From positions 1,488,001 through 1,552,000 of the forward strand of contig NW_027138407.1 in NCBI RefSeq assembly GCF_035084215.1: a stretch of DNA of 64,000 nucleotides. Reading direction: 5' to 3'. The position numbers and the translations under genes are program-made. Of this stretch, positions 36,203 to 49,424 are shown piece after piece (positions within the stretch are counted from its first letter, which is position 1; the number at the start of each line of letters is the position of its first letter). Origin of the DNA: Heptranchias perlo. Taxonomy: Eukaryota. The notes beneath the pieces are model-generated. The model did not search any database. It was not told the origin of the DNA and was given only the letters and a program-made list of their open reading frames with translations.

Positions 36203-36640
36203 GGCTGCATGGCACAGAGATACACGGCAGAGTCAGAGACAAGAGCCCCGGTGATATTTAAAGGAACCGTTTTGTTGGCTTTATCCAAATTAGCAGAGAA
36301 CCGGTCTGCGAAATCTGAAGATGTATCTCCCTGCCCGGCGCTATATATCTTCAATAAATATCTCGGAGCTTCCCCGGGATACTGGATGTACCAGAAGAGA
36401 GCGGGGTTCCTTTCTGTTGTCGAGTAACTACAGTTCAGTAATAAAGTCTGTCCTTCCTGAACCGTTAATTCAGGCGGATCCTGGGACACTGAGTCTTTGC
36501 CACTCGTTCCTGTAACAAAATACAGAATGGGTCAAAATTCTGGGAGTAAATATAATCCATGAAACACAACATGACCATTTAAACATAGACTCACCGGGCA
36601 GCACGATCATTATTATCAGTAAGGAACATGGGGAGCACAT
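36203..36640 (-). CDS. TRAV: TCR alpha/delta V segment V14
   Basis: Leader 36595-36640, V exon 36203-36509, RSS 36164-36202. Confidence 0.9.
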
Positions 36641-39092
36641 GGTGTTTGGTTTAGAGTTCGACAGAAATAAACGGAATGTTTTCAATACGTTGACATTTCT
36701 CGTCTGATATTAAAGAGTAAACTCAGATCAGGGGCAGGATTCACTTATTGGACAACTAAGGGGCGTTTCCCAGGGACCGGATTGGCTGATCTCTCATAAC
36801 TGATACCAGCTGTGCACCAATCACAGTTAGTTGTGGACTAATTAACTGATGGCTCTCTCCCAACGCTTTCCTTCCCTGTCTGTGTCTGCCTGTCTCATTT
36901 TCTTTCTCTGTGTCTCTCTGTCAATCTTTCTGTCTCACCCTCGCTTTTTCTCTCTTTCTGTCTGCTTACCTCTGTGTCTTTATCCCTATACCACACGCTG
37001 TCTCTATTTCCGTTTATGTCCCTCTCTCTCTCTCTCTCTGTGACACTCTATTTCTCTGTCTCTTACTACTTCTGTCTGTTGCTCTGTTTTTCTCTTTCAT
37101 TTTCGATGGCTCCCTCTGCCTCAATCTCTTCCTCCCTTTCTCGCTCTATCTCTCTTTCTCTCTGTCCCAATCTCCTTCATTGTTTCTCTCCATTTCTCTC
37201 TTTCACTCTCTTCTCTATCTCTCTCTCATTAAGGTGACAAGTGAAAAATATCTGAATCAGTCTCGATCCCCGGTATCACGGAGTTCTCTCCACAATCAAT
37301 GAGCTCCATTAATAGTCACCCAGTCTTAAGGTAACGAGGGACACGACAAGTAGACAAATCTCTTCAAAGCTGCAAGCGCTAGCAATGGATTTGAACTTAC
37401 ACCAGTAAAGTGCTGATTTCAGTCAGTCGCTACTTCAAAACCTTCGGATTCCAGGAGCTTTGAAGAGTGAAGCCCCTGAGGCCGCCTTTTGAGATGAGAC
37501 AGTTTCTGAACGATGTGACCCAATGGATCTGCACCAGATCCAGGAGTTTTACTTGTACAGATGGATCCTGTTATTCATCCCAGAGATCTGCAAGTCGGTG
37601 CTAACACGGGGCTGGAAATGTCTGAATTTGACACTGGATGAAGTGGTTGAGAAATGTCACACTTCCCAACACTGACAGCACTGACCTCAACGAGAGAAAA
37701 CCGCTTCAATCAGCCTGAGAATAATCACCCGGAGATGGAGATGGGAAAAAGTATCAGGATTGGGGAATATTGATGGAAGGTTCAAATATCACCGGCATAT
37801 GATCAGGACAATATCCAGAGTCAGACAGAGTTTCACCTCCATGATTCCAGTCTGAACTCCAGAAACACGAGACTGCCTTTGCCTGACCTGCGATGGAAGA
37901 TGCTGAAAGAGCAAAGGGTTCTGATGTGATGTTCTGGGATTTCCTTTTCTCTGCGTTTGTGTTTCGCGAAACAATCATTTCCTGCAGATGGTGTTCAGAG
38001 AGCGCCCTCCTGTGGACAACCGAAGCATCAAAAAGTTCATTGCAAATACGAACACAACAGATATCTTCTGAACACACTTGGAGAGACAGAGAGATTAACA
38101 CACACAGATACAGACACAGACACATGCATGTGCAATCACGTCAACATAAACCCAGATACACTTAATGGTTGATATCTGTGGAGATTATTGATGTGCATTC
38201 AGCTCTAAGTTGTTGAAGATGACTGAGTTTTAACAAGTAATCAGGGAACGCCCTCCTGTGTATATTGTAATCCTCACATACAGCATTCGAGACACTCACA
38301 CAACCACGGACAGACGGACACTAACGGCTTGACTGTGTCTCTCACATGAAGAAAATGCAAAGACCAGCCATTACATGACTCATGAACGGTTTTGATAGTG
38401 TAAATATGGAGAAATTGTTTCCAATGGTAGAATGTTCGGTAACCAGAGGACACAGATTTAACGTGATCTGCAAAATTGCCAGAGGCAACATGAGGAAACA
38501 TTTTTTACGCAGCGAGTTTTTATGATCAGGAATGCACTGCCTCAAAGGGCGGAGGAAGCAAATTCAGTGGTAACTTCCAAAAGGGAATTCGTTAAATACT
38601 GGAAGGGAAAATATATAAAGGGTTGGAGGGAAAGAGCAGGATAATGGGACTAAGTGGGTCGTTCTTTAAAAGAGCCAGCACGGGCAAGATGGGCTGAATG
38701 GCCTCCTCATGTGCTGTGCCCACTCTGATATTATGATGCGGTGATGTTATGTCAGTCGGTGCCTCTGTCCATCTAGATTTCTTTCTTTCATTCTATCTCT
38801 CTACATATCAGTTCACTAGCGCACCAATTCATTGAGAGAGCAGGGTAATGGGACTAATTGGTTCGCTCTTTTAAACAGCCGGTAGAGGCACGACGGGCGG
38901 AATGGCCTCCTCATGTGCTGTGCCTACTCTCACACCATGATACTATGATATTATGTCTGTCGGTGCCTCAATACATCTATTGATATTTCTTTATATCTGC
39001 ATGTCAGATCACGAGCGCACCAATTCAGTGAGAGGGGGTGAGAGACCTTTGCTGGTTTTTGTACGGTCTGACTGCGATCCTGTAACAATGTG

Positions 39093-39521
39093 GGCTCCAT
39101 GGCACAGAGATACACGGCAGAGTCAGTGATATGAGCCCCGGTGATATTTAAAGGTACAGTTTTGTTGGCTTTGTACAAATTAGCAGAGAACCGGTCTGCG
39201 AAATCTGAAGATTTATCTCCCTGCCCGGACCTATATATCTTCAATAAATATCTCGGAGCTTCCCCGGGATACTGGATGTACCAGAAGAGAGTGTCTGTTG
39301 TCGAGTAACTACAGTTGAGTAATACAGTCTGTCCTTCCTGAACCGTTAATTCAGGCGTATCCTGGAACACTGTGTCTTTGCCATTCGTTCCTGTCACAAA
39401 ATACAGAATGGGTCAAAAGTCTGGGAGTAAATCTCATCCATGAAACACACACTGACTAATTAAACATAGACTCACCGGGCAGCACGAAAATTATTATCAT
39501 TAAGGAACACATGGAGCACAT
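39093..39521 (-). CDS. TRAV: TCR alpha/delta V segment V15 (CDR1 3 aa shorter)
   Basis: Leader 39476-39521, V exon 39093-39390, RSS 39054-39092 with heptamer CACATTG. Confidence 0.87.
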
Positions 39522-41984
39522 GGTGTGTGGTTTAGAGTTCGACAGAAAATAACGGAATGTTTTCAATACGTTGACACTTCGAGTCTGGTATTAAAGAGTG
39601 AACTCAGATCAGGGGCAGGATTCACTTATTGGAAAACTAAGGGGCGTTTCCCAGGGACCGGATTGGCTGATCTCTCATAACTGATGCCAGCTGTGCACTA
39701 ATCACAGTTAGTTGTGGACTAATTAACTGATGGCTCTCTCCCAACGCTTTCCTTCCCTGTCTGTGTCTGCCTGTCTCATTTTCTTTCTCTGTGTCTCTCT
39801 GTCAATCTTTCTATCTCACTCTCGCTTTTTATCTCTTTCTGTCTGCTTACCTCTGTGTCTTTATCCCTATACCGCACTCTGTCTCTGTTTCCGTTTCTTT
39901 CCCTCTCTCTCACTCTCTCTCACTCTCTCTCTGTGACACTCTATTTCTCTGTCTCTTATTACTTCTGCCTGTTGCTCTGTTTTTCTCTTTCATTTTCTAT
40001 GCCTACCTCTGCCTCAATCTCTTCCTCTCTTTCTCACTCTATCTCTCTCTCTCTGTCCCAATCTCCTTCTTTGTTTCTCTCCATTTCTCTCTTTCACTCT
40101 CTCTCTCTATCTCTCGCTCATTAAGGTGACAAGTGAAAAATATCTGAATCAGTCTCGATCCCCGGTATCACGGAGTTCTCTCCACAATCAATGAGCTCCA
40201 TTAATAGTCACCCAGTCTTAAGGTAACGAGGGACACGACAAGTGGACAAATCTCTTCAAAGCTGCAAGCGCTAGCAATGGATTTGAACTTACACCAGTAA
40301 AGTGCTGATTTCAGTCAGTCACTACTTCAAACCCTTCGGATTCCAGGAGCTTTGAAGAGTGAAGCCCCTGAGGCCGCCTTTTGAGATGAGACAGTTTCTG
40401 AACGATGTGACCCGATGGATCTGCACCAGATCCAGGAATTTACTTGTACAGATGGATCCTGTTATTCATCCCAGAGATCTGCAAGTCGGTGCTAACAGGG
40501 GGCTGGAATTGTCTGAATTTGAAACTGGATGAAGTGGTTGAGAAATGTCACATTTCCCAACACTGACAGCACTGACCTCAACAAGAGAAAACCGCTTGAA
40601 TCAGACTGAGAGTAATCATCCGGAGATGGAGATGGGAAAATGTATCAGGATTGGGGAATATTGATGGAAGGTTCAAATATCACCGGCCTATGATCAGGAC
40701 AATATCCAGAGTCAGGCAGAGTTTCACCTCCATGTTTCCAGTCTGAACTCCAGAAACACGAGACTGCCTTTGCCTGACCTGCGATGGAAGATGCTCAAAG
40801 AGCAAAGGGTTCTGATGTGATGTTCTGGGATTTCCTTTTCTATCCGTTTGTGTTTCGCGAAACAATCATTTCCTGCAGATGGTGTTCAGAGAGCGCCCTC
40901 CTGTGGACAACCGAAGCCTCAAAAAGTTCATTGCAAATACGAACACAACAGATATCTTCTGAACACACTTGGAGAGACAGAGAGATTAACACACACAAAT
41001 ACAGACACAGACACATGCATATGCAATCACGTCAACATAAACCCAGATACACGTAATGGTTGATATCTGTGGAGATTATTGATGTGCATTCAGCTCTAAC
41101 TGGTTGAAGATGACTGATGTTTAACAAGTGATCAGAGAACGCCCTCCTGTGTATATTGTAATCCTCACATACAGCATTCGACACACTCACACAACCACGG
41201 ACAGACGGACACTAACGGCTTGACTGTGCCTCTCACATGAAGAAAATGCAAAGACCAGCCATTACATGACTCATGAACGGTTTTGATATTGTAACTAAGG
41301 AGAAATTGTTTCCAATGGTAGAAGGTTCGGTAACCAGAGGACATAGATATAAGGTGATCTGCAAAATTGCCAGAGGCAACATGAGGAAACATTTTTTTAT
41401 GCAGCGAGTTTTTATGATCAGGAATGCACTGCCTGAAAGGGCGGAGGAAGCAAATTCAGTGGTAACTTTCAAAAGGGAATTCGATAAATACTGGAAGGGA
41501 AAATATATAAAGGGCTATAGGGAAAGAGCAGGATAATGGGACTAAGTGGGTCGTTCTTTAAAATAGCCAGCACAGGCAAGATGGGCTGAATGGCCTCCTC
41601 ATGTGCTGTGCCCACTCTGATATTATGATGCGGTGATGTTCTGTCAGTCGGTGCCTCTGTCCATGTAGCTTTCTTTCTTTCGTTCTATCTCTCTACATAT
41701 CAGTTCACTAGCGCACCAATTCATTGAGAGAGCAGCGTAGTGGGACTAATTGGTTCGCTCTTTTAAACAGCCGGTAGGCGCACGACGGGCGGAATGGCCT
41801 CCTCATGTGCAGTGCCTACTCTCACACCATGATACTATGATACTATGTCTGTCGGTGCCTCAATATATCTATTTATCTTTCTTTCTATGTACATGTCAGA
41901 TCACTAGCGCACCAATTCAGTGAGAGGGGGTGAGAGACCTTTGCTGGTTTTTGTACGGTCTGACTGCGATCCTGTAACAGTGTG

Positions 41985-42413
41985 GGCTGCATGGCACAGA
42001 GATACACGGCAGAGTCAGAGACATGAGCCCCGGTAATATTTAAAGGAACCGTTTTGTTGGCTTTGTACAAATTAGCAGAGAACCGGTCTGCGAAATCTGA
42101 AGACTTATCTCCCTGCCCGGAGCTATATATCTTCAATAAATATCTCGGAGCTTCCCCGGGATACTGGATGTACCAGAAGAGAGTGTCCATTATCGAGTAA
42201 CTACAGTTCAGTATTACAGTCTGTCCTTCCTGAACCGTTAATTCAGGCGGATCCTGGGACACTGTGTCTTTGCCATTCGTTCCTGTAACAAAATACAGAA
42301 TGGGTCAAAATTCTGGGAGTAAATATATCCCATGAAACATAAAATGACCATTTAAACATAGACTCACCGGGCAGCACGATCATTATTATCAGTAAGGAAC
42401 ACGGAGAGCACAT
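41985..42413 (-). CDS. TRAV: TCR alpha/delta V segment V16 (short CDR1)
   Basis: Leader 42368-42413, V exon 41985-42282, RSS 41946-41984. Confidence 0.9.
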
Positions 42414-43583
42414 GGTGTGTGGTTTAGAGTTCGACAGAAAATAACGGAATGTTTTCAATATGTTGACGCTTCTCGTCTGGTATTAAAGAGTAAACTCAGA
42501 TCCGCGGCAGGATTCACTTATTGGAAAACTAAGGGGCGTTTCCCAGGGACCGGATTGGCTGATCTCTCAGAACTGATGCCAGCTGTGCACCAATCACAAT
42601 TAGTTGTGGACGAATTAACTGATGGCTCTCTCCCAACGCTTTCCTCCCCTGTCTGTGTCTGTCAGCCTCATTTTCTTTCTCTGTGTCTCTCTGTCAATCT
42701 TTCTGTCTCCCTCTCTTTCTCTGTTTCTGTGTGCTTAGCTCTGTATCTTTAATCGTATACCGCACTCTGTCTCTATTTCCGTTTCTGTCCCTCTCTCTCT
42801 ATCTCTCTCTGTCCGTGACACTCTATTTCTCTGCCTTTCACTAATTCTGTCTGTTACTCTGTTTTTCTCTTTCAGTTTCTATGCCTCCCTCTGTCTCAAT
42901 CTCTTCCTCCCGTTCTCGCTCCAAATCTCTCTGTGTGTCCCAATCTCTTTCTTTATTTCTCTCCCTCTCTCTCTTTCTTTCTCTCTTTCACTCTCTCTCT
43001 CTCACTCTCTCTATCTCTCTCTCATTAAGGTGACAAGTAAAAAATATCCGAATCAGTCTCGATCCCCGGTATGACGGAGTTCTCGCCACAATCAATGAGC
43101 TCCATTCATAGTCACCCAGTCTTAAGGTCACGAGGGACACGAGAAGTAGAGAAATCTCTTCAAAGCTGCCGGCGGATTTGGACTTGTACCAGTAAAGTGC
43201 TGATTTCAGTCAGTCACTATTTCTAACGCTTCGGATCCCAGGGGCTTTGATGAGTGAAGTCCCTGAGGCCGCCCTTTGAGATGAGACAGTTTCTGAACGA
43301 TGTGACCCGATGGATCTGCACCAGATCCAGGACTTTTACTTGTACAGATTGATTATGCTCTTCATTCCAGAGGTCTGCAAGTCGGTGATAACAGGGGGCT
43401 GGAAATGTCTGAATCCGGCACTGAACTAATTGGTTGATAAATGTCACATTTCCCAACACTGACAGCACTGACTTTAACGAGAGAAAACCGCTTGAATCAG
43501 CCTGGGATGAATCATCTGGAGGAGAAGATGGGAAAATATTTTCGGATTGGGGAATATTATTGGAAGGTTCCAATATCACCGAC

Positions 43584-43629
43584 CTGTGAACAGGACAATA
43601 ACCAGAGTCAGGCAAAGTTTCACATCCAT
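43584..43629 (-). pseudogene. Orphan leader exon (family A)
   Basis: MDVKLCLTLVIVLFTG/gt; duplicate at 50593-50638. Confidence 0.7.
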
Positions 43630-44700
43630 CATTTCAATCTAAACTCCAGAAAAAAATGAGACTGCCTTTTCGATGCCTGCGATGGACGACGCTAAAAGAG
43701 CGGAGGGATCTGATCAGATGTTCTGCGATTTATTTTTGTTCAAATCAGCCTCGATCGCCAATATCACGGGGATTTGTGTCTCTCTGAACAATCATTTCCT
43801 GCATATGGCTATCAGAGAGCGCCCTCCTGTGGACAGTACAAGCCTCACATAGTACATTGCAAACACAAACACAACAGATACACTCATAAACACACACATG
43901 GAGACAATAAGAGATTAACACACAAATACAGACAAACATACATTTGCATACACGCCAACATAAACACAGATGCACATAATGGTTGATATCTGTGGAGTTG
44001 ATTGATGTGCATTCAGCTCTAAGTTGTGCAAAATGACAGATCTTTAACAAATGATCAGAGAACGCCCACCTATGTGTACAAGAATCCTCCCACAAAGCAT
44101 TCAACACACAGGCACAACCACGGACAGAGAGGCACTAACTGCTTGATTGTACCTCTCACATCAAGAAAATGCAAAGACCAGCCAAAATATGACCCATGAA
44201 CGGTTTTGACAGTGAAAATAAGGAGAATTTGTTTCCAATTGGAGAAGGAGCGGTAACCAGAGGACACAGATTTAAGGTGATCTGCAAAATTGCCGGAGGC
44301 GGCATGAGGAAACTTTATTTTTACGCACCGGGTTGTAATGATCTGGAATGCACTGCGTGAAAGGGTGGTGGAAGCAGATTCAATGGTAACTTTCAAAATG
44401 GAATTCGATAAATACATAAAGGGAAAATATTTAAAGGGATATGAGGAAAGCGCAGGGGAATGGGAATAATTGGATAGTTCTTTTAAAGAGCCAGCACGGG
44501 CAGGATGGGCTGAATGGCGTCCTCATGTGCTGTGCCTACTCTGAGACATTATGTCTGTCGGTGCCGTTGGCTCTGTCTATCTGGCTGTCTTTCTTTCTTC
44601 CTATCTACATATTAGTTCACGAGCGCACCAATTGATTGAGAGGAGGTGAGTGACCTTTGTTCGTTTTTGTACAGTCTGACTGCGTCCCTGTAACAGCGTG

Positions 44701-45138
44701 GGCTTCATGGCACAGAGATACACGGCAGCGTCAGAGATAAGAGCCCCGGTGATATTTAAAGGAACCGTTTTGTTGGCTTTGTTCAAATTAGCAGAGAACC
44801 GGTCTGCGAAATCTGACGATTTATCTCCCTGCCCGGAGCCATATATCTTCAATAAATATCTCGGAGCTTCCCCGGGATACTGGATGTACCAGAAGAGAGC
44901 GGGGTTCCTTTCTGTTGTCGAGTAACTACAGTTCAGTATTACAGTCTGTCCTTCCTGAACCGTTAATTCAGGCGGATCCTGGGACACTGTGTCTTTGCCA
45001 TTCGTTCCTGTAACAAAATACAGAATGGGTCAAAAGTCTGGGAGTAAATATTTCCCATGAAACACACACTGGCCATTCAAACATAGACTCACCGGGCAGC
45101 ACGATCATTATTATCAGTAAGGAACATGGGGAGCACAT
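44701..45138 (-). CDS. TRAV: TCR alpha/delta V segment V17
   Basis: Leader 45093-45138, V exon 44701-45007, RSS 44662-44700 (CACGCTG / ACAAAAACG). Confidence 0.87.
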
Positions 45139-47559
45139 GGTGTGTGGTTAAGATTTCGACAGAAAATAGCGGAATGTTTTCAATATGTTGACGCTTCTGG
45201 GCTGGTCTTCAAGAGTAAACTCAGATCAGGGGCAGGATTCACTTATTGGAAAACTAAGGGGCGTTTCCCAGGGACCGGATTGGCTGAACTGCCATAACTG
45301 ATGCCAGCTGTGCACCAATCACAGTTAGTTGTGGACTAATCAACTGATGGCTCTCTCCCAACGCTTTCCTTCCCTGTCTGTGTCTGCCTGTCTCATTTTC
45401 TTTCTCTGTGTCTCTCTGTCAATCTTTCCGTCTCACTCTCGCTTTTTCTCTCTTTCTGTCTGCTTACCTCTGTGTCTTTATCCCTGTACCGCACTCTGTC
45501 TCTATTTCCGTTTCTTTCCCTCTCTCTCTCTCTCTCTCTCTGTGAGACTCGATTTCTCTGTCTCTCACTAGTTCTGTCTGTTACTCATTTTTTCTCTTTC
45601 AGTTTCTATGCTTCCCTCTGCCTCAATCTCTTACTCCCTTACTCGCTCGATCTCTCTCTCTCTCTCTCTGTCCCAATCTCCTTCTTTGTTTCTCTCCATT
45701 TCTCTTTCACTCTCTCTCTCTATCTCTCTCTCATTAAGGTGACAAGTGAAAAATATCTGAATCAGTCTCGATCCCCGGTATCACGGAGTTCTCTCCACAA
45801 TCAATGAGCTCCATTAATAGTCACCCAGTCTTAAGGTGACGAGGTACACGACAAGTAGACAAATCTCTTCAAAGCAGCCGGCGGTACCAATGGATTTGAA
45901 CTTACACCAGTGAAGTGCTGATTTCAGTCAGTCACTACTTCTGACCCTACGGATTCCAGGAGCTTTGAAGAGTGAAGCCCCTGAGGCCGCCATTTCAGAT
46001 GAGACAGCTTCTGAACGATGTGACCCGATGGATCTGCACCAGATCCAGGAGCTTCATTCGTACAGATTGATCCTGTTATTCATCCCAGAGATCTGCAAGT
46101 CGGTGCGAACAGGGGGCTGGAAATGTCTGAATTTGACACTGGATGAAGTGGTTGAGAAATGTCACATTTCCCAACACTGACAGCACTGACCTCAACGAGA
46201 GAAAACCGCTTGAATCAGACTGAGAGTAATCATCCGGAGATGGAGATGGGAAAAAGTATCAGGATTGGGGAATATTGATGGAAGGTTCAAATATCACCGG
46301 CCTATGATCAGGACAATATCCAGAGTCAGGCAGAGTTTCACCTCCATGCTTCCAACCTGAACTTCAGAAACACGAGACTGCCTTTGCCTGACCTGCGATG
46401 GAAGATGCTGAAAGAGCAAAGGGATCTCATGAGATGTTCTGGGATTTCCTTTTCCATCCATTCTTGTTTCGCGAAACAATCATTTCCTGCAGATGGTGTT
46501 CAGAGAGCGCCCTCCTGTGGACAACCGAAGTCTCACAAAGTTCATTGAAAACACAAATACAACAGATACCTTCTAAACACACCTGGAGAGACGGAGAAAT
46601 TAACACACACAAATACAGACACAGACACATGCATAAGCATACACGCCAACATAAACCCAGATACAAATAATGGTTGATTTCGGTGGAGATTATTGATGTA
46701 CTGTCAGCTCTAAGATGTTGAAGATGACTGATCTTTAACAAGTGATCAGAGAACGCCCTCCTGTGTATATTATAATCCTCACACACAGCATTCAACACAC
46801 AGACACAACCACGGACAGACGGACACTAACGGCTTGACTGTGCCTCTCACATGAAGAAAATGCAAAGACCAGCCATTACATGACTCATGAACGGTTTTGA
46901 GAGTGAAAATAAGGAGAAATTGTTTCCAATGGTAGATGGGTCGGTAACCTGAGGATAACAGATTAAAGGTGATCTGAAAAATTGCCAGAGACAAAAAGAC
47001 GAAACATTTTTTACGCACCGAGTTGAGATGATCTGGAATGCACTGCCTGAAAGGGTGGAGGAAGCAAATTAAATAATAACTTTCAAAAGGGAATTCGATA
47101 AATACTGGAAGGGAAAATATTTAAAGGGTTACAGGGAAAGAGCAGGATAATGGGGCTAAGTGGGTCGTTCTTTAAAAGAGCCAGCACAGGCAAGATGAGC
47201 TGAATGGCCTCCTCATGTGCTGTGCCCACTCTGATATTATGATGCGGTGATGTTCTGTCAGTCGGTGCCTCTGTCCATGTAGCTTTCTTTCTTTCGTTCT
47301 ATCTCTCTACATATCAGTTCACTAGCGCACCAATTCATTGAGAGAGCAGGGTAATGGGACCATTTGGTTCGCTCTTTTAAACAGCTGGTAGAGACACGAC
47401 GGGCGGAATGGCCTCCTCGTGTGCTGTGCCTACTCTCACACCATCATACTATGATACTATGTCTGTCGAAGCCTCAATATTTCTATTCATCCCTCTTTCG
47501 ATCTACATATCACATCACTAGCGCACCAATTCAGTGAGAGGGGGTGAGAGACCTTTGCT

Positions 47560-47593
47560 GGTTTTTGTACGGTCTGACTGCGATCCTGTAACA
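47560..47593 (-). pseudogene. Orphan RSS remnant; V gene, promoter and CT tract deleted
   Basis: Nonamer 47560-47568, full 23-bp spacer and 2 nt of heptamer, then joined to tttcccaacactg of the intergenic module. Confidence 0.85.
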
Positions 47594-48986
47594 TTTCCCA
47601 ACACTGACAGCACTGACCTCAACGAGAGAAAACCGCTTGAATCAGACTGAGAGTAATCATCCGGAGATGGAGATGGGAAAAAGTATCAGGATTGGGGAAT
47701 ATTGATGGAAGGTTCAAATATCACCGGCCTATGATCAGGACAATATCCAGAGTCAGGCAAAGTTTCACCTCCATGTTTCCAGTCTGAACTCCCGAAACAC
47801 GAGACTGCCTTTGCCTGACCTGCGATGGAAGATGCTGAAAGAGCAAAGGGTTCTGATGTGATGTTCTGGGATTTCCTTTTCTCTGCGTTTGTGTTTCGCG
47901 AAACAATCATTTCCTGCAGATGGTATTCAGAGTGCGCCCTCCTGTGGACAACCGAAGCATCAAAAAGTTCATTGCAAGTACGAACACAACAGATATCTTC
48001 TGAACACACTTGGAGAGACAGAGAGATTAACACACACAAATACAGACACAGACACATGCATGTGCAATCACGTCAACATAAACCCAGATACACTTAATGG
48101 TTGATATCTGTGGAGATTATTGATGTGCATTCAGCTCTAAGTTGTTGAAGATGACTGGTGTTTAACAAGTGATCAGAGAACGCCCTCCTGTGTATATTGT
48201 AATCCTCACATACAGCATTCGACACACAGACACAACCACGGACAGACGGACACTAACGGCTTGACTGTGCCTCTCACATGAAGAAAATGCAAAGACCAGC
48301 CATTACATGACTCATGGACGGATTTGATAGTGTAACTAAGGAGAAATTGTTTCCAATGGTAGAAGGTTCGGTAACCAGACGACACAGATATAAGGTGATC
48401 TGCAAAATTGCCAGAAGCAACATGAGGAAACATTTTTTTATGCAGCGAGTTTTTATGATCAGGAATGCACTGCCTGAAAGGGCGGAGGAAGCAAATTCAG
48501 TGGTAACTTTCAAAAGGGAATTCGATAAATACTGGAAGGGAAAATGTTTAAAGGGTTATATGGAAAGAGCAGGATAATGGGACTAAGTGGGTCGTTCTTT
48601 CAAATAGCCAGCACAGGCAAGATGGGCTGAATGGCCTCCTCATGTGCTGTGCCCACTCTGATATTATGATGCGGTGATGTTATTTCTGTCGGTGCCTCTG
48701 TCCATCTTGCTTTCTTTCTTTCGTTCTATCTCTCTACATATCAGTTCATGAGCGCACCAATTCATTAAACAGCCGGCATAGTCACGACGGGCGGAATGGC
48801 CTCCTCATGTGCAGTGCCTACTCTCACACCATGATACTATGATACTTTGTCTGTCGGTGCCTCAATATATCTATTTATCTTTCCTTCTATCTACATGTCA
48901 GATCACCAGCGCACCAATTCAGTGAGAGGCGGTGAGAGACCTTTGCTGGTTTTTGTACGGTCTGACTGCGATCCTGTAACAGTGTG

Positions 48987-49424
48987 GGCTGCATGGCACA
49001 GAGATACACGGCAGAGTCAGAGACAAGAGCCCCGGTGATATTTAAAGGAACCGTTTTGTTGGCTTTATCCAAATTAGCAGAGAACCGGTCTGCGAAATCT
49101 GAAGATGTATCTCCCTGCCCGGTGCTATATATCTTCAATAAATATCTCGGAGCTTCCCCGGGATACTGGATGTACCAGATGAGAGTGGGGTTCCTTTCTG
49201 TTGTCGAGTAACTACAGTTCAGTGATACAGTCTGTCCTTCCTGAACCGTTAATTCAGGCGGATCCTGGGACACTGTGTCTTTGCCACTCGTTCCTGTAAC
49301 AAAATACAGAATGGGTCAAAATTCTGGGAGTAAATATAATCCATGAAACACAACATGACCATTTAAACATAGACTCACCGGGCAGCACGATCATTATTAT
49401 CAGTAAGGAACATGGGGAGCACAT
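48987..49424 (-). CDS. TRAV: TCR alpha/delta V segment V18
   Basis: Leader 49379-49424, V exon 48987-49293, RSS 48948-48986. Confidence 0.9.
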
